Source: Thecamonas trahens ATCC 50062
Taxonomy: Eukaryota > Protista > Apusomonadida
Length of the DNA stretch: 64,000 nt
Direction: 5' to 3'
NCBI RefSeq assembly: GCF_000142905.1
Contig: NW_013657636.1
Location: 62,001 to 126,000 of the forward strand
Below, piece by piece: positions 53,637 through 64,000 of the stretch. Made by a program: the position numbers and the translations under genes. The notes under the pieces are model-generated. The model made no database searches and had not been told where the DNA came from. It worked only from the letters and a program-made list of their open reading frames with translations. Position 1 is the stretch's first letter, and each line of letters begins with the position of its first letter.

Positions 53637-54400
53637 NNNNNNNNNNNNNNNNNNNNNNNNNNNNNNNNNNNNNNNNNNNNNNNNNNNNNNNNNNNNNNNN
53701 NNNNNNNNNNNNNNNNNNNNNNNNNNNNNNNNNNNNNNNNNNNNNNNNNNNNNNNNNNNNNNNNNNNNNNNNNNNNNNNNNNNNNNNNNNNNNNNNNNNN
53801 NNNNNNNNNNNNNNNNNNNNNNNNNNNNNNNNNNNNNNNNNNNNNNNNNNNNNNNNNNNNNNNNNNNNNNNNNNNNNNNNNNNNNNNNNNNNNNNNNNNN
53901 NNNNNNNNNNNNNNNNNNNNNNNNNNNNNNNNNNNNNNNNNNNNNNNNNNNNNNNNNNNNNNNNNNNNNNNNNNNNNNNNNNNNNNNNNNNNNNNNNNNN
54001 NNNNNNNNNNNNNNNNNNNNNNNNNNNNNNNNNNNNNNNNNNNNNNNNNNNNNNNNNNNNNNNNNNNNNNNNNNNNNNNNNNNNNNNNNNNNNNNNNNNN
54101 NNNNNNNNNNNNNNNNNNNNNNNNNNNNNNNNNNNNNNNNNNNNNNNNNNNNNNNNNNNNNNNNNNNNNNNNNNNNNNNNNNNNNNNNNNNNNNNNNNNN
54201 NNNNNNNNNNNNNNNNNNNNNNNNNNNNNNNNNNNNNNNNNNNNNNNNNNNNNNNNNNNNNNNNNNNNNNNNNNNNNNNNNNNNNNNNNNNNNNNNNNNN
54301 NNNNNNNNNNNNNNNNNNNNNNNNNNNNNNNNNNNNNNNNNNNNNNNNNNNNNNNNNNNNNNNNNNNNNNNNNNNNNNNNNNNNNNNNNNNNNNNNNNNN
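53637..54400. other. Assembly gap
   Basis: N run flanked by G-rich/poly-G sequence. Confidence 1.
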
Positions 54401-56000
54401 CGGGGGGGGGGGGGGACCCTTTTTTCCATGGCCAGCCCGCAAACCGGCATCGAACACACCGTGGCTGCTCCCGCCCCAGCCCCCTGCCCCAGCCCCAGCC
54501 CACAGCACAAGTCGTTCTGCCCACCTCTTAACACACCCAAACATATTATGAGCGCCGGAGACTGACTCGCGCCCTCTCCACGCCCTCTTCTCTGTCGTCG
54601 TAGCTGGGACGGGAGGCCTGGCCAACTGCTTTAGTCGAACTGCCGAGCCGCCGCCGCCGTTGTACTGCTCTACACCCTCCTCACCCCGCCGCAGCCCATC
54701 CTCAGCCACCCCCAGCCCGCCCGCAGTAGGGCATGCACTTGTGGCACATCCGTTGTGCGCGTGGTATGGCTCTCTCTGCTTATTCCGCCTGCTACCCATG
54801 ATTGGACTCATCAAGCTATGGCGGCAACGGACCGGACAACGCCCGGCACTCGGCCACAAGCGCCAGCCTCCAGCCACCACCAGCGCCGCCAAGGTCAGAT
54901 CGGTCGGTGGGGTCATCTCGACCCGACCGACTACTCGGACAGCATCATGCTGAAGAACGAGGTGGGGACAGGCACGGACGGGTTAGACATCGATCGGATG
55001 GTGATGCCCATCATGGTCGTCGTCGGTGCCTCCAGCACCTCCCAGCCATCTTCGAGCTAGACATGGCGATGGTCATGATGATGGTCGTGAGGACCGCGTC
55101 GCAGTCGCTGACCGGAGAGTGGCGTCCGTGTCCACACTCAACTCTATTCGAGCATGGTATGTTGGTTGATGATCATGATCATCATGGTGGTGATGGTGGC
55201 CCTGGTCGACAAGTGGTCGACCGAGGTGGGCGGGTGTTGGTCAATCCGATGTCGCGCCCGATCCGTCAATCGACGCCATTAGTCAACACTGCCGACTCCC
55301 TCAACTTGATCGATCCGAGGTGTGGTCATTAGGTCATCGATGATGTCCGCTGCTCTCACCCCCCCTTCCTCGCTCACCGCCATGGTCCACCTATGCAGAT
55401 GAAGACAACCTCCGGCGAGCTCACCACCACCATCGCTAACACGACTGGCCAAGCCCGGGATTCGATGCCGCCGTCCACACTCACTTTTGCAGGCTTCAAG
55501 CGCCGCCGCGACGACGACGCCTCCAAGTTCGCGCCGCCCCCAAGCGCCAGGCAACACTTTCAACAGTCACCTCGGTCAGTCTAGCCTTCCTCATCCGCGA
55601 TAAGTTCCTTCCCAGCAATGTGCGCCCCGGCGAGGGCGACAACCCTCTCTACGACACCATCCAGATCCCAGCCGCCGCCCCGCCGTCGTCTGATTTCGCA
55701 AACCACGACAACAGCGCTTGATGTTGGCCATGGCCGTGGCAACCGTATGAGCTCTGCTTCAACGACACGCATCAGTGAACGATAGCGTCCGACGATAATG
55801 AAAATGATGACAAGCAGCCTCTCCCGGCAATTCAGCCCATGTAACCACACGCCTCCCCACCCCGCCCCATTGCCAGTGTGCTCATTGTCAATGACATCGC
55901 TGACGTCGATCTATCCCGCCATGCTCCAGCAGGTGTTGGAGTGGACGGGGCAGAACGGGCGAGTAGACGGAATTGATCGTCAGCCTCTGGCATCGAAACA

Positions 56001-56129
56001 CTAACACTTACACCAGGCTACGCGAAGCGAAGCCATACTTCGCTAAGAGCTCCGATGATGTCGCCGTAGTATACTCCAGAGGAGTCAGAACCCAACCACA
56101 CACCCTTTGATGATGATGCCGAAGACGAA

Positions 56130-56167
<38 letters not shown>

Positions 56168-56370
56168 GCGGCCCTCTGGGCGCCCAATTCTGACTTTTTT
56201 GATCTCGTGTGCACGCGAGCAAGTGGCTGCAAGCCATGTACACGCGAGTCACCGTGCTTATCGGCACGATATGCTGGCGATGATGGCCAACCCTCAAGCC
56301 GTCGAGCCAGCAAAGCGGCCGCTCGGCCGGCAACCGAGCGTTTCCACAAACGAAGATTTGGGTGACCTGT
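56001..56370 (+). repeat. Dispersed repeat, copy 2 (homologous to 24960-25295), with expanded (GAC)n
   Basis: Colinear matching blocks with copy 1 in the same orientation; (GAC)n expansion at ~56130-56166. Confidence 0.85.
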
Positions 56371-56661
56371 CACAGGCGAACGGTGGGAGGGAAGGGGGGG
56401 GGAGGGGAGGGAGGAAGCCACACAACTCCAGATTGTGGTTGCAGTGCTACAGCAAGTGCAGGATATGGCAGCATCCAACTCGAACTCTGTCTCGCTCTCG
56501 TACGTGTGGAGCATGGGCGAGGAGGAGGCGGGGTGGGGGGATGTGGGGTGGGCCCAAAGCGTTCCGTCACGCCGACCCGCAACGCTTGCCAGCGAGGCAG
56601 GCGGAAGAGGAGGAGGAAGGGCTGAGGAGGGAGACTCATTGGGAGACGGGCTTGGGCATGG

Positions 56662-58005
56662 ATGGCGGCGGTAAATAGGTCGTCGTCGTGCGATGCGCCG
56701 GTTGTGCACAAGAAGGAGAACCGGTCGAACATGCGGATCATTGCGTCGACGATCAAGGAGCTCGCCGGCGACGTGGGCTCATGGGGCATCGGCGACCTCA
56801 CACTCGGGCTGCACTACCTGAAGAAGGCGAAAAAGCGGGAGGCGGCAACGCGCGAGCTGGATCTGTCGCGCAAGCACGATCCGGATGAGTGGCTGGAGGA
56901 GATGCGCGAGTGGCTCGACATCATCGAGGGAACATACAAGGGCTCGACCGAGGCCATGTGCGAGCTGACCGGCATTCCGGCCGAGGACGTTCTGAAGACC
57001 GACTGGAAGTCGACGACGCTCAAGCCGGGCTACTACGTGGCGCTGCTGCGGAAGAAGAAACAGGTGGTCTTTGCCATCCGCGGGACAGCCAACATGAAGG
57101 ACGCGCTGACGGACCTGACTGCAGCGCAGAATGATTGGCCGCTGGCCGACGGCGAGCGGGTCCACCGTGGCATGCACATCTCGACCATGTGGTTCATGGA
57201 GAACGTGAAGCCGCTGTTGGAGGAGGCGCTGGAGGCGAACCCGGGCTACGAGCTCACGGTGGTTGGCCACTCGCTCGGCGGGGCGACTGCGGCGCTCTCG
57301 ACGCTCCTGCTCCGCGAGGCCGGCCTCCCGGCCAAGGGCATTGTCATTGCGCCCGCAGCGTGCCTCTCGCTCGGCGCGGCGACGGCAGCGGCCGACCACG
57401 TCACCACCTTTGTGCTGGCTGACGACTGCGTGCCGCGGTTCTCGCTCTCGGCGGTGGAGGAGCTCCGGCTTGAGATTTCCAACTACCCGTGGGGCGACGA
57501 AGCCATGGACTCGATCCGGCAGACCCGGCTTGTTCGTGCCTGCGCCGACAATCCGGTGGGGCAGGCCATCGGGTCGGGCATGTCATCGGCGTACCGCGGA
57601 GCGTCGCAGGGCGCCCGCGCCGTTAGCCGCGGCTTTTCCAAGATGGGCTCCAAGATGTCGTCAATGTGGAATAAGTCGACTGGCAACGACAGTTCGGACG
57701 ACGGCAGTGACAACGGTGAGAATGCCAAGCTCAAGGTCTCTGACCTCTCGGACGAGGAGAAGGAGAAGATCGTCCCGCTCTACCCGCCGGGCAACGTGTT
57801 CAAGGTCGAGCGCGACCGCGACGGCTCGTACCATCTTGTGGAGTCTGACAACGAGCTCTACGGCAAGCTCGAGCTTTCGGACTTTATGTTCTCTGACCAC
57901 TCGTCGACAAACTACATCGACTCACTCGACCGCATTCTGGGCCGTAAGCCAATGATCGACACCAAGTCGGACGCCGGCGGCGATGACTCATCGTCGGACG
58001 ACTAA
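56662..58005 (+). CDS. Class 3 lipase (diacylglycerol lipase-like, soluble)
   Basis: VVFAIRGT..DALTD, HRGM, nucleophile elbow VVGHSLGG, DDCVPRFS, LYPPG, MFSDH (Ser-Asp-His triad). Confidence 0.9.
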   Translation: MAAVNRSSSCDAPVVHKKENRSNMRIIASTIKELAGDVGSWGIGDLTLGLHYLKKAKKREAATRELDLSRKHDPDEWLEEMREWLDIIEGTYKGSTEAMCELTGIPAEDVLKTDWKSTTLKPGYYVALLRKKKQVVFAIRGTANMKDALTDLTAAQNDWPLADGERVHRGMHISTMWFMENVKPLLEEALEANPGYELTVVGHSLGGATAALSTLLLREAGLPAKGIVIAPAACLSLGAATAAADHVTTFVLADDCVPRFSLSAVEELRLEISNYPWGDEAMDSIRQTRLVRACADNPVGQAIGSGMSSAYRGASQGARAVSRGFSKMGSKMSSMWNKSTGNDSSDDGSDNGENAKLKVSDLSDEEKEKIVPLYPPGNVFKVERDRDGSYHLVESDNELYGKLELSDFMFSDHSSTNYIDSLDRILGRKPMIDTKSDAGGDDSSSDD

Positions 58006-58216
58006 GCGTAGCAACTAGCTAACCAAGCTGTGTTGGGCGGAGTTAAACAAGTAGCCCAGCCACCACGCAGTAGACTCGTCAAAAATCCTAGCTTTAAATC
58101 AGCCAAGCACAGGTGTGGCCCGACCACTCTCTGTCCACGCCAGAGTTGAAAGACGCATCGAAGCGAGACGGGCACACCGGGTCGGGAGCGACGAAAGGGT
58201 CGCCTCGGTGCCAGAC

Positions 58217-59387
58217 TTAGAGCGACGGGGTGGTCGAGGCAGCATGGCCCATCCAGACGTCAGCCTCGAAGCCGCACTCGTTGTCGCCACGCTTGATGAG
58301 GAAGAAGCCATCCATGCCCCACGAGTCACCCCACGAGTTGGCGACCTTCCAGTAGGGGACGCCGTTGAGCTCGCCAAAGCCGACGATCTTGACAGCATGG
58401 CCGCCGAGCTCGTTGCCGGTCTTGTGGACGTAGACGCCCGACTTGTACTGCATAAAGTCAGCGTAGACGGTGAAGGCGGCCTGGGCAACGCCGTAGGTCA
58501 TCAGCTGCTCGGCAATCTTGTCGGCGCGGCCAAAGAGCGAGGTAATGTGCTTGGCACCAGTAGCGTGGTAGCGCTTGATGGGCGAGCCATCGGCGCACTG
58601 CGACGGGCACTGGCCGGTGGTGCCGTTGCCGGAGGTGTACGGGAGGCACTCCCAGGTGGCAACACCCGACCGCTCCATGTAAGTCCAGGCAGCGCCGAGC
58701 ATGCCGCCGTTGCAGCCCATGTTGGTGCGGTCGCACGAGACGAGGTCCTGGGCGGACAGCTCCATCTGGACCTTGCCCTTGGAGAGGAAGCAGAGCTCAT
58801 CAGCGAGGACCTCGGTGGCCGAGAACGCCCAGCACGAGCCGCAGCGCTCCTGGTTCTCGATGCCGTTCGGCGAAAGGAGAGTGCCGCACTCGGGGTGAGC
58901 CTTGGCAGCCTCGAACGAAGACGGGAGCGACGCAGCGACGCGGTCAGCCTCCTCCTGCATAGTCTTGGCGGCATCGGGGCCGACCAGGCCGATCGGCTGC
59001 TCCTTGGTCACCTGGACGTTGAGGAGCGCCTTCATCTGCTCGACGGACATGCCCTCGAACGCCTTGTTCACACCAGCCGTCCATGTCGACGACTCATCAT
59101 TGTTCACCGCAGCGATGATGTCCTGGTGGAGGGGGGGGGGGGGAGGGGGGCGGAAAAGGACGGGGAAACGTCCCCGACAGTGAACGTCATGCAAACGCGC
59201 CAAAAGAAGGGCGACCCAAAACGATCCCGAGGTAGGGGAGGGGGAGGGGGGGAGGGGGGGATGCAGGCAAGGGAAAGAAGGCATGGCACGGTAGCCAGAG
59301 AACCTGCATGTGACTTACATGGTTGACGATGGGGGCAGCAATAGCAACTGCCACAAGCGCAGCAAAGATAGCAAGGGTAACCTTCAT
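58217..59387 (-). CDS. CTSB: Cathepsin B-like cysteine protease; exons 59387-59319, 59122-58217
   Basis: Signal peptide MKVTLAIFAALVAVAIA; propeptide IIAAVNN..TWTAG; QERCGSCWAF, LSAQDLVSCD, GCNGG, GGHAVKIVGFG, YWKVANSWG. GTAAGT...CAG intron. Confidence 0.95.
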
Positions 59388-59416
59388 GTTGATAATCAAG
59401 TTACGTGTGGCCACAA

Positions 59417-59426
59417 GTCACGTGAC
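59417..59426. promoter_or_regulatory. Perfect palindromic E-box GTCACGTGAC (CLEAR / Cbf1-type element)
   Basis: Exact 10-mer separated from the cathepsin B ATG by 29 bp. Confidence 0.6.
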
Positions 59427-59624
59427 CCAGCCGCGACCACAGCCCCACGACTCCGATCCCGACCCCGGTCTCGGTCCAGGTCCCGGCGGTATGGCGGGTC
59501 GGGATTTTGTGGAGATACACACACAGAAGAGTGCAAAGGCGACAGCGAAACAGTCTGACGATCCAGATGGTGCTTACTCTATAACAACCCAACCCAAAAC
59601 AAACGTAATACGGCTTACGTCCAG

Positions 59625-60461
59625 CTAGCGGGCTTGTGATGGAAGCAGCGACGACGAGTAGAACCGAAGCTGGTGCAACCGGCCTCGGCGGGTAGGGCTG
59701 TCCTCGGCACCGGACACGCGCTCGGGATGCGGCGAGCGCGAGGCGCGGCTGCGGGAGCGAGATGCCTCATGCGAGACGGGCACGTCAACAGAGATCACGC
59801 CCAGTCGCTCCAAGTGGGCAGCGTAGTCACCAGCCTCCTCGGTGATAGCAGAAGAGGCCTCGTACGGCGAGTAGTTCCCGCTTCCCACAGAGGTGCAGGA
59901 CATGCCCGAGTCCGCGTCGGAATCGGGCTCGCACCTGGGTTCACGATGTGGCTCGGACGTAGCAGAGTTGTCGTCGCTATCCCAAGTCGGCCTTGGGCCG
60001 ATCCGCGGGGTCGAGCCGACCGACTCAGCCTCGACGCTCAGCGCCATGAGATCGAGCATGTCGGACGGCGTTCGTCCGAGCCGAGCCACGCCCCGGGCTA
60101 TAACTGCGGCGCCCGGCGGAGTGGCTGGAGTAACCGGCAAGTCTGGTGAGCCCGGCGTAGCTGGCGACCGCGTTCGCCGATCGTCGTCCATCGTCCGCCT
60201 TCGGCGTCGCCGCCGTCGATGCTCCCGCCGCTGTCGCCGCCGGCGCCGTCGCCCACGACCATCGTCAGCCTCCTCCTTGGCAGAATTTCCGTGGCTACGC
60301 CCACCAGTATCAGCATCAACGTCGCCTCTGCCCGAACGGAGGGGGATGGGCCGGAAGACGGCATCGTCTACAAGAGCCAGCGAGGTGGCAGCGAGGGCCG
60401 TGCCCATGAAAACGCCCAGAGCCACGGTGGAGGCCGCCGAGTCCGACCCGCTCTCAGCCAT
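59625..60461 (-). CDS. Hypothetical protein with N-terminal hydrophobic anchor and disordered S/R/P-rich body
   Basis: ATG 60461 in GCAGCCATGG context; VALGVFMGTALAATSLALV; open for 278 codons; no family recognised. Confidence 0.55.
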   Translation of the reverse strand: MAESGSDSAASTVALGVFMGTALAATSLALVDDAVFRPIPLRSGRGDVDADTGGRSHGNSAKEEADDGRGRRRRRRQRREHRRRRRRRRTMDDDRRTRSPATPGSPDLPVTPATPPGAAVIARGVARLGRTPSDMLDLMALSVEAESVGSTPRIGPRPTWDSDDNSATSEPHREPRCEPDSDADSGMSCTSVGSGNYSPYEASSAITEEAGDYAAHLERLGVISVDVPVSHEASRSRSRASRSPHPERVSGAEDSPTRRGRLHQLRFYSSSLLPSQAR

Positions 60462-60759
60462 GGCTGCTGCAACCTGCAACCTGCCCGTCTCTCACCGGCC
60501 TCACTGTATCCACGGGACACAGAGGGCGGAGACGGGTGCTGTACAATCTCGAACTTCAGGTGCACAGAACGGCGGTGGTGACCGAGCTAGCTAACAACAC
60601 CACACGCCACACGCCACCGCCACCGCCACCACCACCGCCACCGCCACCGCCACCACCACCACAACTACAACTACCCCTCACCTGACTTCACGTCCCACCT
60701 AACACCCCTCCACAACCACAGCCACCCGCCCCGCCACCCCTCCGCACACTCCCACATCA

Positions 60760-61810
60760 ATGGCCTTCACCTCGCGGGCCAAACGCTCGTTCGGCTTTGG
60801 CGCACCCACTCCTGCCGCTGTAGGGTACGCCCTCCCTCTGCTCCACCCTCTCGCTCCTCCCCTCACACCCCTGCATAGTCTCACACACTCTCTCTCCCTC
60901 CTTCTCTCCTTCCCTTAGTCCGGGCGCATACAACGTGCCGTCGGGCATTCGCGTGGGGCGGCGGTCGGCGGCTCCGTTTGGGACGTCGAGCATGCGAGCG
61001 GTGCATCTGCCGCCGGCCGGCTCACCTGGGCCGGGCTCGTACGATGTGGCGCAAGCCGCTGGTCTCACCATCCAGACCCGGCCGGCACATCATGCAGCGC
61101 GCGGGCGGGTTGTCCCGTTCGGATCGCGCGCCTCGCGGTTTCCGCGGTCGCACGCCAGGGCTGCGCGTCCCGGCGCCCCCGAACACGCCGCCTCTCTTGC
61201 TGCCGGGCCACACTCTGGTGCAGCCGCCAGCGAACGCCTCGCCTCTGCCCTTGATCGCGCCGCTGAACAACGCCAGCGCCACCTCGCCTTGCGCATTCCG
61301 CGTGGCCGTCGCGGTGCCGCCGCCCCTGCTGGCCGTCTGGGCCGCTCATCTGTTCCATCTATCCCGGCCTCCCGCTCGGGACACGGCTACGATGAAGATG
61401 ACCGCGGAAACTTGGTTCCGTATCCGGCTGACGATCACGCGGCTGTTTCAAAGCTCGGCCCGGGGCCAAGCACCTACACCCCGCGTGACACCATTTTGCG
61501 CTCCCGCGTCCCTGCCCCATCGCTCGCCGGCTACGCCGGCCGAAAATCCTCTCCCCGCGCCTCGGCCGCCAAAGACACTCCTGGTCCGGGCTCCTACGCC
61601 GTCTCCGAAGCCTACTCTGCCACCATCACTAGCAACACACGCTCGCCGCGTCGCGCCGCGCCTGTCCCCTTCAACACCACTGCCCGCCGCGTCCCACTCA
61701 CTGCTCCCAACGCCGACGCCCTCCCCGGTCCAGGATCGTACGAGCTCGATCAGACTCCACTCTACGCTCCCAAGTCGTTCAATGTCACCTACGACGATGT
61801 CTACATGTGA
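60760..61810 (+). CDS. PGPGxY (SHIPPO/STPG/ODF3-type) repeat ciliary protein, STPG2-like; exons 60760-60824, 60919-61810
   Basis: Repeats VGPGAY, PGPGSY (x3), GPGPSTY; SVPSIP...GYDEDDRGNL. GTACGC...TAG intron restores VGPGAYNV. Confidence 0.85.
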
Positions 61811-61932
61811 GGTCGTTGTTCTCCCTCGTGATGCGAGCAGCTTGATCCAGTCCGGGTATCTGCTGCCTCTCTGCATTACTGTGATCCTTGAAGTATTTGC
61901 CAGTCATAAGCCGCCGTTAATCCAACTGAAGT

Positions 61933-62057
61933 GCGCTAGCTTGGACAACGTGTGATCTACACCTGCTTGATACGGTGTGCTGTGACAAACACAAGTGCGC
62001 GCTAGCATGAACAACGTGTGATATACACATGCTTGATACGGTGCGCTGTGACAAACA
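61933..62057. repeat. Direct tandem duplication, ~59 bp core with 66-bp period, 2 copies
   Basis: GCGCTAGC.TG.ACAACGTGTGAT.TACAC.TGCTTGATACGGTG.GCTGTGACAAACA at 61933 and 61999. Confidence 0.9.
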
Positions 62058-62361
62058 GCATAATAAAAACGGTTGATCATCCGTCGCCTGACACACTCGC
62101 ATACAGATGCTTCAGACGTAAACAATCTGTTCGACATGCCTAAAGGAATCATGTGCAGTTGATTCGTCCAATGCAAAAGTATGTGATGTGTTATACAGAG
62201 TTTTAGTGTAGAGAGAGTAAAGCCTGAGGTGCTGCGTGTTTGTCTGCAAAGAGATCAAGTATGGATGTAACCGTGGTGCCTGGCGGGAGAAGCAAGCCAC
62301 GCACGTGGGCTGCGTTCGCGCGTGGCACAGACACAGAACACTTGACCTGTCACGCCCTGGC

Positions 62362-64000
62362 ATGGCCCATTCCCCACTCCACCTCCGGGTCGGGTCGACT
62401 GTTTCTGTGGACGCAGAGGCGCGCGGCAGAGTCATGGCCGCTGTGCCACTGTCCGGTGGTGGGCTAGGCCGTGCTTGGCTCGGCTTTGCTGTCTGTCTCA
62501 CCGACTCTGCGGCGGCGTCGTCGTTGTCGCCTGCCGGGCTGGCGGCCTCGTGCCGCACCGTGCTAGCGCTGGCATCAGCGGTGTCGAGCTCGTTTGTGCG
62601 CGATCCACCGCACCAGACTCTCGGTCTACTCAAGGACGTCCTTATTGCTGCTCGGCGACTGTACGACGCTGTGCCGGCTGCTGGCTCGGCTGGGCGCATC
62701 CGCAGTGGTCTCGGCGACGCCGCCAGAGTCCTCAAGCTCGCCTACCGTAGTCTGGCGGATGCATCTCGTGTAACTGGAGTAAGATCGAGTCTCGCGCCTG
62801 AACTAGTTGATGGTGCTTGCGAAGCCCTCGAGGCAGCATGCCGTCGAGTGGGCGAGTTGCTGGCATGGGCCGAGGCCAAGGCAGCGCTTGCTGGCAATCT
62901 CGATGCCGACTGGTCTCAGAACGTCGATGCCGCCGTCTCAGACGCACTGGAGACCTCGTTGTACATTGCTGACGATTCGAGTAATAGCTCACCCGGTCAC
63001 ACTGTCGCACTCGACGAGCCTGTCACTACCGAGCTCCTCACCCGTGCCGCGGGATGCGAGGCGGCTGCCGATCGTGTTCTTGCCTCGGATGCGCTCGTCG
63101 ACCTGCTTGCGCTTGGTAACTCACCAGTGACGCAGGACCCGACGTCAGGACTCTCGCTCGACACTGTTGTCCAGCACGTTGTCCGGGCCCGGGCCTCAGT
63201 CCGATCAGCCATCGAAACTCTGAGGAAGCGGCTAGCGTCCACCACTGCCCGCACCCTCCTCTCCAATGCGATTCACGAGCTCTGCGTTGCATGCAGGCTC
63301 CTCCACGCACACCTCGCCCTTATCAAGCGTTCAACATCTGCAAGTAGCGCGCATCCTGCTGTCGTCCGAGCTCGCGCAGGATCGGACGCGGCGTCAAGTG
63401 TCGGCTCGTACGCCACAGCTCTAACTCGCGAAGTCTCGTCGCCCACAGGTATGCACTTTCCACACCAGCGCTCGGTTCGGTTTGACGCGGGGCGCGGGCG
63501 GGCAGGGTCGAATGTCTCGTTGAACTCGACGTCGCCCATGCTCTCGCGCCGGCCGCTGGGGCTCGCCTACGCTGAATCAGTCGCCACCCTCTCGGACCAC
63601 TCGGGCACATCACCACTGCAGCGCCGGCGCCGCTGCGGTATGAGCAACCGACTCAACAGTACATCAGGCTCGATTACATCACTGGCTACTCGCCTCTCCG
63701 AGCTGGGTAGAGACCGCCAGGCACCGCGGCCTCCGCTTGCTTACACCCTCACACCCGATGATCATGCCGCCATGGCCAGGTTGGACGCCACAGTCTCGTG
63801 CTCCGACCTGGATGAGAGCTCGATCTCCTCTGACGCCGAGTCGGGAAGCCCCAAGGCCAAGAGCAAGACCAAGGCCAAGGCCAAAAAGAGGCTCAAGAAG
63901 AAGAGAAAGTTGACAGACCGGAAGACTCCGCTGCCGATGGCTGCTCGCCGCATGGCGTCGATGTCGGCACTCAAGATGGCATCGGTTCTGGACAAGCTTG
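62362..64000 (+). CDS. Hypothetical helical protein, 3'-partial (runs off window; absent from ORF track)
   Basis: Frame from ATG 62362 (or 62434, MAAVPLSGG...) reads without a stop to the window end (...KKRLKKKRK...MASVLDKL). Amphipathic helical N-terminal half. Confidence 0.65.
   Translation, partial: MAHSPLHLRVGSTVSVDAEARGRVMAAVPLSGGGLGRAWLGFAVCLTDSAAASSLSPAGLAASCRTVLALASAVSSSFVRDPPHQTLGLLKDVLIAARRLYDAVPAAGSAGRIRSGLGDAARVLKLAYRSLADASRVTGVRSSLAPELVDGACEALEAACRRVGELLAWAEAKAALAGNLDADWSQNVDAAVSDALETSLYIADDSSNSSPGHTVALDEPVTTELLTRAAGCEAAADRVLASDALVDLLALGNSPVTQDPTSGLSLDTVVQHVVRARASVRSAIETLRKRLASTTARTLLSNAIHELCVACRLLHAHLALIKRSTSASSAHPAVVRARAGSDAASSVGSYATALTREVSSPTGMHFPHQRSVRFDAGRGRAGSNVSLNSTSPMLSRRPLGLAYAESVATLSDHSGTSPLQRRRRCGMSNRLNSTSGSITSLATRLSELGRDRQAPRPPLAYTLTPDDHAAMARLDATVSCSDLDESSISSDAESGSPKAKSKTKAKAKKRLKKKRKLTDRKTPLPMAARRMASMSALKMASVLDKL

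Noticed and set aside
53534-54916. N-terminal extension of the 2630-aa track ORF, and other ORFs spanning N runs
   Set aside because: Open only because N codons have no stops; the credible start is ATG 53533, just before the SH3 domain.
55167-55184. 18-bp perfect palindrome TGATGATCATGATCATCA
   Set aside because: Explained by abutting (GAT)/(CAT) trinucleotide runs; no supporting context.
1-64000. tRNA, rRNA, intact transposase/reverse transcriptase, non-standard genetic code
   Set aside because: No such motifs were recognised by eye. Conserved genes translate and end correctly with the standard code, using TAA, TAG and TGA as stops.

Overview
Eukaryotic, GC-rich, gene-dense and intron-poor draft sequence with four N gaps, each flanked by G-rich runs. 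It comes from a flagellated protist (it encodes CFAP74 and a PGPGxY-repeat protein). Composition and intron style suggest an apusomonad such as Thecamonas trahens, which is an inference. About 23 protein-coding genes are supported. Family calls come from recognising motifs by eye, not from database searches. Recognisable genes are SCOT/OXCT1, a PKA-C/PRKX-type kinase, CFAP74, gamma-SNAP, an SNX9/18/33-type sorting nexin, TAF10, a class-3 lipase and a cathepsin B-like protease. More divergent calls are a TERB2-like meiotic telomere-tether protein, an INTS13/Asunder-like protein, an AF4/FMR2-CHD-like protein, an LRR-polyproline-WH2 (WCA-like) protein, and a ~4,280-aa protein with SH3, DUF3638/DUF3645 helicase-like, EF-hand and Vps62-like parts. 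Non-coding highlights are a perfect CLEAR palindrome (GTCACGTGAC) 29 bp upstream of the cathepsin B start, a different tandem array in several head-to-head promoters, a decayed ~350-bp dispersed repeat in two copies, introns that are either G-rich or C-rich, and convergent genes whose stop codons are 6-74 bp apart. Three genes are each split by a single -1 frameshift, most likely sequencing error. No rRNA, tRNA, CRISPR array or intact transposon was recognised.
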